Origin: Balanoglossus misakiensis
Lineage: Eukaryota > Animalia > Hemichordata
Reading direction: 5' to 3'
Assembly (NCBI GenBank): GCA_040954595.2
Contig: CM082578.2
Coordinates: 6,991,519-7,055,518, forward strand
DNA length: 64,000 nt
How positions within the stretch are numbered: position 1 is the first letter of the stretch; every line of letters begins with the position of its first letter. The translations under genes were made by a program, and so were the position numbers. Under the pieces are notes generated by a model that was not told where the DNA came from, searched no databases, and saw only the letters and a list, made by a program, of their open reading frames with translations. This document shows positions 51,563-64,000 of this stretch, in pieces.

Positions 51563-54500
51563 ATGAAGAGCAAGCTGTGGTTACTGGGGCTTGTAGGTCT
51601 CATCCTGGCATCAAGTAAGTGAACTTTCACATCAAAACAATGATACCACGAACATGTGTAACACATTCAGAGATCGTCCAACACGAGTGCGGAAGTAGTT
51701 TACTGACATGTCACAAACCAAGTTGTTTCTCGTGTCAAAAAAATGTAATGTGTGGAAAAGGTCCCAAGTATTGATTGTCGCAAGCTAATGAAAAGCTGCA
51801 TTTGACATCGTGAAAATTTGGTGTCGACAGACTGTGCTGCGATGCGGCACGGCGGAGTGGGAGGGACCCGCAGCGCGCAGTCAGCTACTTGAACTGGCCA
51901 TTGTATTACGTGTATCTACATATAACTGGTGGTGTATTGTTTAACATGTCTACAGTCTAACACAATTTGATTACCCCTTCTCACTCTGTCCGGTGCCACG
52001 TCGAAAAACATCTACAGCTTTTTTTTGTTGACCTCGAGAACAGATTTTTTTTCAGAATGATGACGGTGCATGTGTAGACTGTAAGTCGTGATTAACATTT
52101 TGCCTGAGGTACATTCAAATAATTTATGTAAAACTTTAGGAGCATTTTATGTGGCCTTACCTGCTAGAAAATACAATTGCTCAATATCAACCGCTTTAAA
52201 TAGTAATACCGCAAACCGGCCCTACCACAAAAAGACCGTCATGTCTGTTGAGGTCAAAAGTCATCTGTGGAATCTGACAGTGGTAACACGTGACATGTGT
52301 CATTTAAAAGGAAACGCAGAATTCTTGCATGTAATTTTTATGTACGAGATCTTCACTGGGCAAAAATCATCGGAAAATAAACTTAAATGCAAATTATATT
52401 GATACATTTTCAAAAGGTTGTTTGGTCAATGTAGTGTGATCAGAAAAAAAGAAAATGGACATTACTGAAAATAAACACCCATTCAGACAATTGTACACAA
52501 CCATGAAATGATACATCTCCCAAAATTTTTAAAATAAAAGGTAAATGAGAAAAAGTGTATTAGATGATAAAGCTCCCCAAACTGTAACTTTGTGATATTT
52601 TTAGGCACAGTACAGTTTTAATATTCCCCAGAACAAGATGGCATCTCTGCATAGAAATATAATGTATCATTCATAAGTGGCATCTTGTTGAATGTTCTGG
52701 GGAAAATTAAACTGTAATCATGCCTGTTGCAAAATATGGGTCACGACACAATATTAATAAGCCTAATAAAGGAAACTGTAGACTGCTGAACTGTAAGGGA
52801 GAAACTGCTTTGGATTCACTCAAAAAAGTACTGAAATCTAGCCCAGAAGTTACAGCTGGTATAGTTTGAAATATTCATTTGACATCTGAAGACTGGGTGC
52901 AATGGGATCAGCATAGTCCTGCCTCGAAATCGTGCCAATCAGAATGCAGCAATTTGAGCAAAGCATGGGGGTAATCGTGATTACTCGATCAGTGCTGGCT
53001 TTTGATCTTAGTGCTATATTAGAAACCATCAAGCGTGCGCAGGTTTGCAAATATTACGGGTAGCACATAACATGCATAAGTGTAGTACACGTGTTACTAC
53101 TAAAAATAGCCTGGCCATTACAAATATGAGGATTGTCTCGCCCTCATCAATAACTCTCGCCCAACCAATAGTTTTTCGACAAATACTCCTGGTTGTGACA
53201 GCTTGTCATTAACATGTTGAGTTATTAATAGTTCTGTACCACTACTTTTGAATGTAAAAAGATATCTGTGAATGGGACATGTGGGGATGGTTTGACTGTG
53301 TTAATGGGATGGTGACTGCAGGTTGCCACACAGCTGCTGTTAAACACGTACCAACTAATATGGTAGATTTTCCAATACACCAGTAGATTTAGGTGTAATA
53401 TTGTCACTAATGAAGATAAAATAACACAGACATTTCTCTAGTTCAGTTATGAGTCCATAGTCTGATATACATGTACATTGGTGAATGGCCTACATAATGA
53501 TAGAAGTTATGTGTTCTGTGGAAGTTTTTGAGCATTTTTCCTGACGTATGCCATAGACAAAATCACCAGATGTTCAGGAAATTAGATATTTTTGTTTGAT
53601 TCACAAAGGAATAATTGGATGTTCTCATGCAAAAGTGAGCCGATTTAATCAGTAATTACATTAATTAATAGATATTAGTGTGAGATTTTGTTGGTGCCTG
53701 TAATGTGGCAGTTTTGCTGATCATATTCTTTTATTGATTTTATCTCCACAGCGTGTGTCTTGGCTGATGACACGGAAGAGGCTGAAGTCACAGTTGAAGA
53801 TGACATTGGAAGCAGCAGAGATGGATCAAGAACAGACGATGAAGTTGTCCAGAGGTAAAAAAATTTAACCTTTACACCCCTGTTTCATCAATAAAGAACA
53901 ATTTTACTATAAAGAACAATGGATTTGGGCCAAACCATAGTGGTAAAAGGGTTAAATATAATTGGTTGTCTAGCCACATTAAACTTCGCAAGTGCTTGTG
54001 GAAACTATTATTTGAATGATAGTAATGTGATATCATGACATGTCAGACTGATATTTGCATACTGGTGTATGGTTATACAACATAATTCTTAAAAACTTTT
54101 CTTTTAATGTTTTAGGGAAGAGGAGGCCATCAAATTAGATGGACTAAGCGTAGCGCAGATGAAAGAACTCCGAGACAAGGCAGAAAAACATACATTTCAA
54201 GCTGAAGTGGACAGAATGATGAAACTCATCATTAACTCTCTGTACAAAAACAAAGAGGTGAGTTTGTGTTGCGGTTCAAGATCAGCCATTTTGCACATGA
54301 CACATCTGTGACTGTACACATTGGTAGGATGTAATTTGAAGTTGATAACTAAAATAGTTGGAAGAAATAGTTGGAAGAAATTCTATATATCTAAAATTTG
54401 AGCAAGTACAAACATCACAGCCACAACTGATAATTGGTAGCTCCTGATGTCTTCATAAAAGCTTCTATTTATTTTCAACAGATTTTCTTGCGTGAATTGA

Positions 54501-57500
54501 TCTCCAACGCATCTGATGCATTGGATAAAATCCGTCTGCTATCGCTGACTGACAAGAATGCACTGGAAGCGACAGAGGAACTTGTCATCAGAATAAAGGT
54601 GAGATTAAGATAATGTCGGTATCTTCTAATGAAATTGTTCCACTCAGGACAGACTTTGAATATTCTGATGGGCTGTTATAGATAGATGAACTACATGTAT
54701 GCCAAAATTGTCAGAGATACTTGGCAGAATGTTCAGCTCAATTATTCTGCTCAATTTTATTTCTAGATGCAATTCTTTTAACTTTTGATGCATATTTTTG
54801 TTATTCAGGCCGACAAAGACAATCACATGCTGCATGTAACAGACACTGGTATTGGTATGACCAAAAATGACCTCGTAAATAACCTCGGTACGATAGCAAA
54901 ATCAGGAACCAGTGAATTCCTCAACAAGATGTCTGTAAGTATTGACTTTCAATCTAGGCTGATTTTCAAATTTTTATATTCAAGTGAAAGATGTACTCTC
55001 TCGCACTACATGATTCTTATCGGTTTACTGATAGAAGCGTCTGGTTTGCATTTACAGGAAGCATCGTCAATGGAAGCTGGAGATCTGATTGGCCAGTTTG
55101 GTGTGGGTTTCTACTCCTCGTTCTTGGTCGCCGAGAGAGTCATTGTGACGTCGAAACACAACGAGGACAAACAGTACATCTGGGAATCTGACGCCAGCGA
55201 GTTCTCCGTCACCGAAGATCCCCGCGGCGACACACTGAAACGCGGAACAACCATCAGGTGAGGGGCTAACGACAGACCATCTTGTCTCCAGTATTTGTAC
55301 CAAGGGCCAAATAGAGGGGTAGCAGTGAGCATGTTTTATGATCTGAGGTTCAGAGAGCGTGAATATTTGCTGGAGAATACCGTAAAGCTTGCCATTCTTC
55401 ACTGATCGACTGGGAAAGTTACTAGGGCATTTATATGTTTTAATGATAAAAGCAGGCTCACTGTAACAATTACACTACTAAACAGATCTTGGTTCTGAAG
55501 ACCATAAATAATTTTGATCGCTTGTTATATTTGCGAGTACAGTAGCAGAGTTCTGATGTATTTTTTGGTCACCTTTTTTTTCAGTCTTCATCTGAAAGAG
55601 GAGGCATTTGATTATTTGGAGCAAGAGACCATCAAAAACCTTGTGAAGAAATACAGCCAGTTTATCAACTTCCCCATCTACCTGTGGGCCAGCAAGGTAA
55701 GTCTGTTTGTAATGTTTTTTGTAAATTTGTAAAGTAGCATAATATCTGCATACACTTTCACTTGGTGTAATGGAGATGCGCTGTAATATGTCGGAAGGTT
55801 TAGGTTCGATACCCTTAAAAACTAAATCTGATTTTATCCTCTGGATTTATCGTATCACAGACTGAATATGTAGATGAGCCTATTGAGGATGAAGATGAAG
55901 AAGCACCAGCTGATGAAGAGGACGAGGAACCAAAAGATGAAGATGGTGAGTTGGTTTCCTAGCAACAATTTGTGTGTCTGGTCTTGCGATTGTGACATAT
56001 TAGTAATGTATATGCCCAGAGACAAGAACCGAAAGTAGCTATTTTTAGAGGTGATAGTCTGAACATGTATTGCCTGGCCACGAGGGTTTATAAACACCTG
56101 TTGGAGGTACTGTATACTCTGGTAAACTAAATTTTGAAAAATGACATTGTCTTGTAGAAGCCGTAGTGGAGGAGGATGAAGAGGAAGGCGAGAAGGAACC
56201 CAAAACTAAGAAAGTTGAGAAGACCACCTGGGATTGGGAGATAATGAATGCAAACAAACCAATCTGGACAAGAAAGTAAGTCGGAATCAGGTGTCGTAAT
56301 GTTGCAAAAGTTTGGTATTTTGCTGAGTGTGAACAGAGTATAAAATATCTTTTCGTCAGAAATCTCGACATCTCTTGGATTCTTTTGGAAGCATGTTCTC
56401 TGAAAAATTGGGAAAGAATTTGCCGTCTAAATTTCTGCACTTGTCAGCAAAGAAATCACCAAAATCTTGATTGCTAGACTTTGGCATTTGCACTGTGTGA
56501 CGTGTATCTCCCTTGAAGACAGCATAGTCATTGTGCAATAATTATACAATTGATTTTTTTTCTCTTCAGTCCGAAAGAAATCCCTGATGATGAATACAGC
56601 GAGTTTTACAAAAGTTTCACCAAAGACGTGGAAGAACCATTGGCCAAGACACATTTCACAGCCGAGGGAGAGGTCACGTTCAAATCCATTCTCTTTGTCC
56701 CCAAGTCTGCACCCACCGGCATGTTCCAGGATTACGGAAAGAAAGTTGACAGCATCAAGGTAGATATCCTGATTAAAAAAAATTGTTGTGCAACTGCTTG
56801 AACTATTACTTGGTGTCTGTGTCAGATGCTAAACTTTTCATGTAGGTGAGACCCGACATATTGCTGACCTGGAAGGTAATTGTGGGAAGGGGCCATAGAG
56901 AGTGACCAAGTGACCAATACACTTTGTCTTAATTAATTTTCTGGCACATGACAGACGTATCTTGTGATGAATTTGATTCACCTGTACACAAGAGATTATG
57001 ATCATGATCCTGTTGTTGGGTGCCGAAAATGCAACTGACATGGCTTGTTTTCATAAAATCACAACATTACGACTCAACTATGTTTTGTCTTTCTGTGAAA
57101 TTTCAGATGTACGTACGACGTGTCTTTATCACTGACGACTTTGAAGACATGATGCCCAAATATTTGAACTTCGTCCGAGGTATCGTGGACTCCGACGATC
57201 TTCCTCTGAACGTCTCTCGTGAAACCCTGCAGCAGCACAAACTGTTGAAGGTCATCAAGAAGAAACTCGTCAGAAAGGTGAGGATAATTTAAATGGTGCT
57301 CTAGGAAAGTCTGAATACTGGAAATAATATCAAACGTTACAGCTACTCTCTTTTAAAGGCACAAGTCTAAGGAACATGTTAAACCTGCTTGTAAAAAAAG
57401 AATGTCTGCAATGATATTTGTGATACTGACCAACAAGCAATCTCTAATAAGTTTTTTCTCATCACGCATACTGAGAATTTGACATGTGCACACCATTGGA

Positions 57501-60500
57501 AAATCCCAAAAATATTATCACAACCTTGCAGATTTAAATTGCGTTGGACAAAAATAAATTGTAGTGATATTGCGGAAGTTGGCCACCTCATGTTGCTATT
57601 AATTTAAAAAGTCAAAGATTTCTACACCAATGTAGACTTTGAGCATTCAACAACAGTTGACAGTATTTTTTGTTTCTTGATCAAAATAGACACTGGATAT
57701 GATCAAAAAGATGGATGCCGAAGACTTCAAAGAGAAATTCTGGAAGGAGTTTGGCACCAACATCAAATTGGGTATCATCGAGGATCACTCCAACCGTACC
57801 CGTCTGGCCAAACTGGTCCGATTCTTTTCCTCCAACTCCGACACTGAAGTGACCGGTCTCGCCGATTATGTGGAGAGAATGAAGGAGAAACAGGAACACA
57901 TCTACTTCATGGCTGGTACATCAAGAAAAGAGGCGAGTCATCTCTCTTTTAGAGCTGAATTAAAGTTGGCTGTCAAATTTGAAAGAAAAGCCGAGATGAT
58001 GCAACACTTTACAGCTGCTGTTTCTTTGGGGGTCGACTTTATAATGAAAAGCAGTCGTGTATAAACACAAAGGCAGATGATGTAAAGAAAATCTTGGTTT
58101 GTGACGAGACAAAACCAGCTAATGTATACATAAATATAGCTATACATGATTGAAAGGGTATATTTTTCGTTCTTGACATATTTACATGTCTTGTGGTGGC
58201 TACTGATAAATAGAAAGATTTTGAAAACAAAGAACATTGCATGAATATAGTTACAGTGCGAGAAAAAGCGTGAAATGACATGGCAACAGTTTATCATGTT
58301 CAGTGGTTAGTGAGAGGAAAATTCGATTCGAAATTAAAATAATAATACTGTAACAGTAGTCTACCCAACATTGATGCTAACTATGTGAAATCTTGCACCG
58401 ACACAGGTTGAGAACTCGCCATTCGTCGAAAGACTCTTGAAGAGGGGCTACGAAGTCCTGTACCTGACAGAGCCTGTGGACGAGTACTGCATCCAGTCTC
58501 TGCCGGAATACGAAGGAAAGAAGTTCCAGAACGTGGCCAAGGAAGGTCTGAAGATGGACGAGTCCGACCAGGCCAAGGAGAGACATGAGGAGACCGAAAA
58601 AGAATACGAACCTCTGATGAAATGGCTGAAGGAGAGTGCACTCAAAGATAAGGTAAAGAAATCTAATTAGGATACTAGCATTATTTTAAAAGTTGTTTTG
58701 CATATTAAGCTTTAATAGAATGTTGAGGTAATGTGTACTTATCCAGTAAATTTTGTTACTATTGACTTTTTGATACGAACTAAAATGACACTATTGGTGT
58801 ATGCACATTCCAGCTTTGGCAATACTTTAACCTTTTTCCATTTTATTTTATTTCACAGATCAAGGAAGCTGTTGTTTCCACGCGTCTGACTGATTCTCCA
58901 TGCGCCTTGGTGGCAAGTTCATACGGCTGGTCTGGTAACATGGAACGTATCATGAAGGCACAAGCATATGCACAAGCCAAAGACACACAGTCAAGGTAAA
59001 GATGAAATAAAAGTTGGATTTTATTTTTGAAATACAGAACTTTTTTTCTGTTTGGAAATCATTCTTGTGCAAGAGGCTCAGAGAAGCATATCTATTACAG
59101 AAAAACCTGTCTAAACCAAATCAAACCCTAATCTGGAAACCTGTCTATACCAAACACATTTTCCTGTCCCTTAATAACAAAAGACCACATGTTAAAAGAA
59201 CCTCTATAAACTGGCCACCTCTGCAAATCAAACTTTTTCTTGGTCTCTTTGATGATCGGTTTGGATACTAATTGTAAATAAAGCTGATATAAACCTGTTA
59301 CCCAGGTAACGGCTAGATAGAAGCATTTCACGCCCCAAAATCATTCAACTCTGAAGTCACTAAACGTGCTGGTTTTTTTTTTTTGCTTTTCAGCTTCTAT
59401 GCAGGACAAAAGAAAATCTTGGAAGTGAATCCACGCCACCCGTTGGTGAAGGAACTGAAGACGCGTATTGATGCCGATGAAGAAGACCAGAGAGCCAACG
59501 ATCTTGCCGTTCTTTTGTTTGAAACTGCCGTTCTCCGTTCCGGCTTCCAGCTGGATGACTCCGCCTCCTTCGCCGGAAGAATCGAGAGAATGCTAAAAGT
59601 TAGCATGGACATTGATCCGGACGCAGAGGTAGGGTTGAAGTTCATGTTCAAAGGGGACTTTGGATAATATTTGTTAGTTTGGTTGGTTCCATTTGTTGCA
59701 AGAACTAACAATCTATGAAAGGCTGATGGCAACAAATCTTATTTGATTGGTGTAATTTTCATCCCACAATAACTGAAAATGACTATATGAAATGAAATGA
59801 AAGGTTAATATTGTGGATTTTCATGTCACCAACATTATTTACCAGACAAAATTTCTGGGAAAAAATTATTAGATGTGACCATGATAATACATGTATCCAA
59901 AACACTTCTATCATGTGAAGTTTCCACTTCAGCGCTAATCTCATTTCTGACTTTTGTGTCTAAGACCTGAAATACAGATATCAAAAACTGTAACTGTTTA
60001 AAAAATGACTTGCTGTATAAAGCGCATGACTACATCTTCCGGGTGACCACATAGCAAATACTGAAACCATCCTTGTGTTTTTCATCCAATCAGGTTGAAG
60101 AGTGGCCAGAAGATGTCGCTGAAGAGGAGGAGGAGGAGGAAGATGAAGATGATGATGAAGAAGAAGCTGAGGAAGAAGAAATTGATGCAGAAGATGAGAC
60201 AGAACCAGAAGAAACAGCTGTAAGTTTGACTTCTCTTTAAGTCTGGGATGTGTTCGGCTCGGTTCATTATACATGTATTCCTGCATGTGGAAACCATCCC
60301 TTGAAACTGCTTGGAAGTTAGGCAAATAGAAATTAACCCTGGGGAAAATCTGGCAAATTGATAAGGCCCACCTATGACAGCGTAGTGTTGATTATCATGA
60401 ACATTTGAGACACTTATTGCAGTCGCTGGAAAATGATATTTGGTGTTCAAAGACTTCATTTGATAGTGGACATTTTTGCTTTGGTGATCTTCTCTGTTGA

Positions 60501-60699
60501 TGATGGTCGATACATTTCAACTGTCTGCAATTTCATTTTGAACTGTTTGCTTCCGTGTCATGACATCGAAATACTTGTTTCCGTGGCAACACTTTCCTTG
60601 AGAGGAAATCCTCAAGAGGATTGACAGCTCCGTGCAGTGATTAAAAATGTTTCTTTTTTTTATCAACAGGACTCAACAGAAGAACACGACGAACTCTAA
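51563..60699 (+). CDS. HSP90B1: Endoplasmin / GRP94, 17 exons: 51563-51614, 53752-53854, 54116-54257, 54482-54598, 54809-54934, 55058-55257, 55585-55696, 55861-55945, 56158-56275, 56570-56759, 57108-57277, 57690-57932, 58407-58652, 58859-58995, 59394-59628, 60094-60219, 60670-60699
   Basis: Signal peptide [17 protein letters not shown]; [20 protein letters not shown]; [21 protein letters not shown]; [10 protein letters not shown]; [12 protein letters not shown]; acidic tail; C-terminal HDEL-stop. Confidence 0.98.
52611..52716. repeat. Imperfect ~105 bp palindrome, probable MITE relic, in HSP90B1 intron 1
   Basis: tacagttttaatattccccagaaca ... tgttctggggaaaattaaactgta. Confidence 0.6.
53869..53951. 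mobile_element. Short piggyBac-like MITE with TTAA TSD
   Basis: TTAA|cctttacacc ... ggtaaaaggg|TTAA; related copy at ~40274. Confidence 0.6.
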
Positions 60700-63558
60700 G
60701 AAAAAAAACTGCCGAGAATAGTGTAGTTGTACAATGCAAAAAAGACTCTTTGTACAGCCGAGCTATCATCAAAGACATTACCAGTGTTTCGAATTCCCTG
60801 AACGATAATAATTTGGGTGGCACCTTTTTCTGAGACTTTGCTAGCCCTCGTCAACTCCAGTCTTTGCTGCGCTACCAACCGTGCGTTTTTACAGTGTTAT
60901 GCAAAACAAAGGACCATGAATGTATAAAGCCTGTGAACTTTGTGGCTTCATCTATCCTCGGGATTTTCCGTATCCACTTCCCAGTTTCTCTGCAAATACT
61001 GGTTTTCCGTGTATGTTTTATATTTCCATATGCAGTACTCGGAATTAGTCCTTTTATTGCAACCATTCCAGTTTATTTAAAATAAAGACACAACCCAGTG
61101 TTGTATCGTGGATATGAAACATACAGAACAGAAACATGATTTGCAAAGTTTTACTGTCTTGTTGTCTCAAACCCAGTATTCTCTGTCCTGACCCTTTGTA
61201 ATTTTAGGGGCATGTATTTTATATAAAAACTGTTTTCTTTAATAGTTTAAGTTGCATAGAAACTGTTGTTTAACTTGAAAAAATCCATATAGTTTTTTCT
61301 GTACATTGTTGTTCACAGTTAATGCAGTTTTTTCGCTAGAAGAGATTCTATGAGATTCTGTCATCAAACCTTGCCTTTTTATGTTTTTATCAAAATTTAT
61401 CAAATTACGACACGAAAGTCTAGGATCAAAAAATCACAGGTAATACATCATTGTATCAATTTTGAAACAAACAAAGAAAATAAATTATTTCTTAAACAAG
61501 TTCTTGTGTGTACGTGTGGACTTTTGATGTGTGTAGTCCTGTTTCAGTCTGACTATATGCATGACAAATTGTTCTGATGAGTTGCATAGGGGAGGGAGAT
61601 TTCAACACCAGTGTAGTTTAGAGATGTGGTCAATGCTGGGTCAACGTATATTATTTGGAGCTTCTATGTTGCATGAGAGCAGAGTATAATTGACCAATCA
61701 CGAGTGCTGGGGCCTGCCTGTTTCTGGTGTGCAGAAAGTAATTGACCAATCAGAATTTTTTTTTAGGATCTAAATTACTTGGCCAAAAAGGGATCCCCGA
61801 TTGCCATGGTGCCTGAACTGTTCGTCCACACTGCAATTTCTATTTTTTATCTGAGATGCAGAAACTCTAATCAATGCTTTTTTGAGCAAAATTCCCCAAA
61901 CGAATCTTTACTCGGGTAATTTCTCTCTTGTACCTCAGCCTGGAGTTCACGCAAAGTTGGTGGCCTCATAAAAACCTACAGCACAGAATCTGCGTGTGTC
62001 CACTGCTACAGTGAAATTTGTCATACCGCCGTTGGTGGCGACATTAAAAAAATGAGAACAGAGCATACACATTGCCCGTGTATTTCAGAACTGGGTCTCA
62101 ATCTTTTGTACCAACAACAGGTGTGAATAAGTCAGGCAAAATACGCGTATTTACATTTTATGACTTTGCTGCAAAGCGTATCACAAGATTAATTAAATTT
62201 GCTCAGTTGTAGAGTAAGCATGGCCATCGTAAGTTGTTTTAAGGTCTACTTTACACACCTGTTCCATGAGTGCAGAACGTAATTAACCAATCACAAGTAC
62301 TGTGGCCGCCACCATGGGAAAATGCAAAGTACAATGGAAATGTTGCATTTCCCACTATGAAACTTCCTAAACAAATCATGATCTCATCTACCAGAACACA
62401 TGGAAGTAAAAGTACTTTACATTTTCTTTTTCATAGAAATATTTCACTTATTTTCTACTGTACTGATATTTCTTTAATTTTCGGACAAATTGCCATAAAG
62501 TGTTTTCTTGATATACTGTCATCAGGCCATATAATTTAATATACAGAATAAAAAGCATATCCGATATTATTTAAAGCTTACTTTTTATATCGAGTTGCGG
62601 CGCATAAAGGCTTTATCATGATGCGGTGACGTGTACTTTTTCAATGGTCGAGAAAGTTTCAAGAGCATGCGCAGTAACAATATCGTGGCGCCAGCTGATT
62701 GGTTATCATTTCCATCATGGCTGCCCCCTGTACACCGGCGGTGTCCTTTCGAGACACAGCCTGAAAATCTTCTGTCCGTCGATGCTACACTGGATATTTA
62801 GCTTCAGGGAATCGGTAGGCGGAAAAGACAGAGTTGTTCTCTGTTTGTGACCGTACTTGACATCGGTAGTTTAATTTTCACGACTCGTAACATCAATGAA
62901 GAACACGTGTATTTGTTGATCAGCAACATACGAAGCCCCAGTGCCTGTACTCGACTGCAAAGGCGATCGACATATCAACCGGTGTAACGGGGGTTGCGGT
63001 TTTTTCACCCGTTAGTAAACATTCTGGTGAAGCACATTGATTACTGATACTTAGGAGCAACAGCTGCTGTGCACACAATCGGAAGGACAGTTCCATCGGA
63101 TGAGTGATCGGATACTATCGGAAGCGAGGCGACGACCAACGATAGCCTGAGATAAAGATGCGGCTTTCCAGAACTCTGTTGATTTCCATGGTGCTGCTGA
63201 CGTTGATGTCACAGCCTATACTCAGTGGAAAAAAGAAGAAATGTGGCAAGAAGAAAGACCTAACGAAGGAATGCGAAACTTGCAGAGGTATTGCAGCCGC
63301 TTTCCATGAGGTAAACTTAATTATGCATCTCTGACTTCTAAATATTTTTTTCATTTATGCAAATCTTCAAACCCAATAATGCTTTTTGCAGTCACAAAAA
63401 GAAGAAAGTTATTAATTATACCAGAAAAGTTTTGATGATTAGAAGTGAGAGGAACGAAGCTGAAATTGACACGAAAAAGAAAAAAAAGTCAGGCTTCTCT
63501 CAGAGTCAGAACATTACATAAAAGTCTGTTTGTTGATCCTGTGAGAGAAACAGCTGTA

Positions 63559-63729
63559 CAGTGAAACCTGTCCTTACGGACACCTCTGGGACAGGAAAAT
63601 GTGTCCTTAATAGAGACTCTGAGAGGTGTCTTTAATAGACAGGTAATATTCTATTCAAACTGTGACTTTTGTCTTGTTAATAGAGAGGTGTCCTGATAAG
63701 AGAGGTGTCCGTAAAGACAGGTTTCACTG
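63559..63729. mobile_element. Tc1/mariner (pogo/Tigger-type) MITE
   Basis: TA|CAGTGAAACCTGTCCTTACGGACACCTCT ... AGAGGTGTCCGTAAAGACAGGTTTCACTG|TA, with internal agaggtgtc repeats. A degraded relative may lie at ~59097-59225. Confidence 0.88.
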
Positions 63730-64000
63730 TATAGTTAATTTTTATGAGTGATTGTGAATAATAGAACAAAATAAAGAAACAGAGATTTGGTTGGGTTGTA
63801 GGTTTCATTTTTCTCCTTGACTTCTTTTTTCAAATGCAGGGTATAAAACGAACGACCAAAAGTAATTTTGGTGGCGGGAATACAGCATGGGAGGAGCGAG
63901 CGCTTGGAAGTTATGCAAACAGGTAAATTGAAGTACATTTAAAAAAACTTCCAATTTATTCATCCTCTCTGCTGTCATAGTTATTTCAGTTTTCATTTTA

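Overview
Eukaryotic (animal) genomic DNA with spliceosomal introns, AT-rich intergenic sequence and many MITEs. A marine invertebrate deuterostome is my inference, not shown by the sequence. From left to right: the last coding exon of a DUSP6/7-type MAP kinase phosphatase (+); a complete, apparently intact 6.7 kb DIRS1-like tyrosine-recombinase retrotransposon (4739-11475) with inverted terminal repeats (ITRs), an internal complementary region (ICR), gag, RT-RNaseH-methyltransferase and an overlapping YR ORF; about 18 kb with no recognisable gene; a 4-exon alpha-tubulin (-); a multi-exon DUF4062-NACHT-TPR gene (TTC41/GNN-like, -) lying head-to-head with a 17-exon HSP90B1/GRP94 gene (+, ends in HDEL, ERSE promoter); and several MITEs. 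The most striking observation is the DIRS gag stop, CGC-TCC-TGA-CTA followed by a stem-loop. It matches both the antizyme-type +1 frameshift site (leading into pol, which has no usable ATG) and a UGA-CUA readthrough context (leading into the in-frame recombinase ORF), so it is a candidate three-way recoding switch. Exon coordinates were read by eye and may be off by a few bases.
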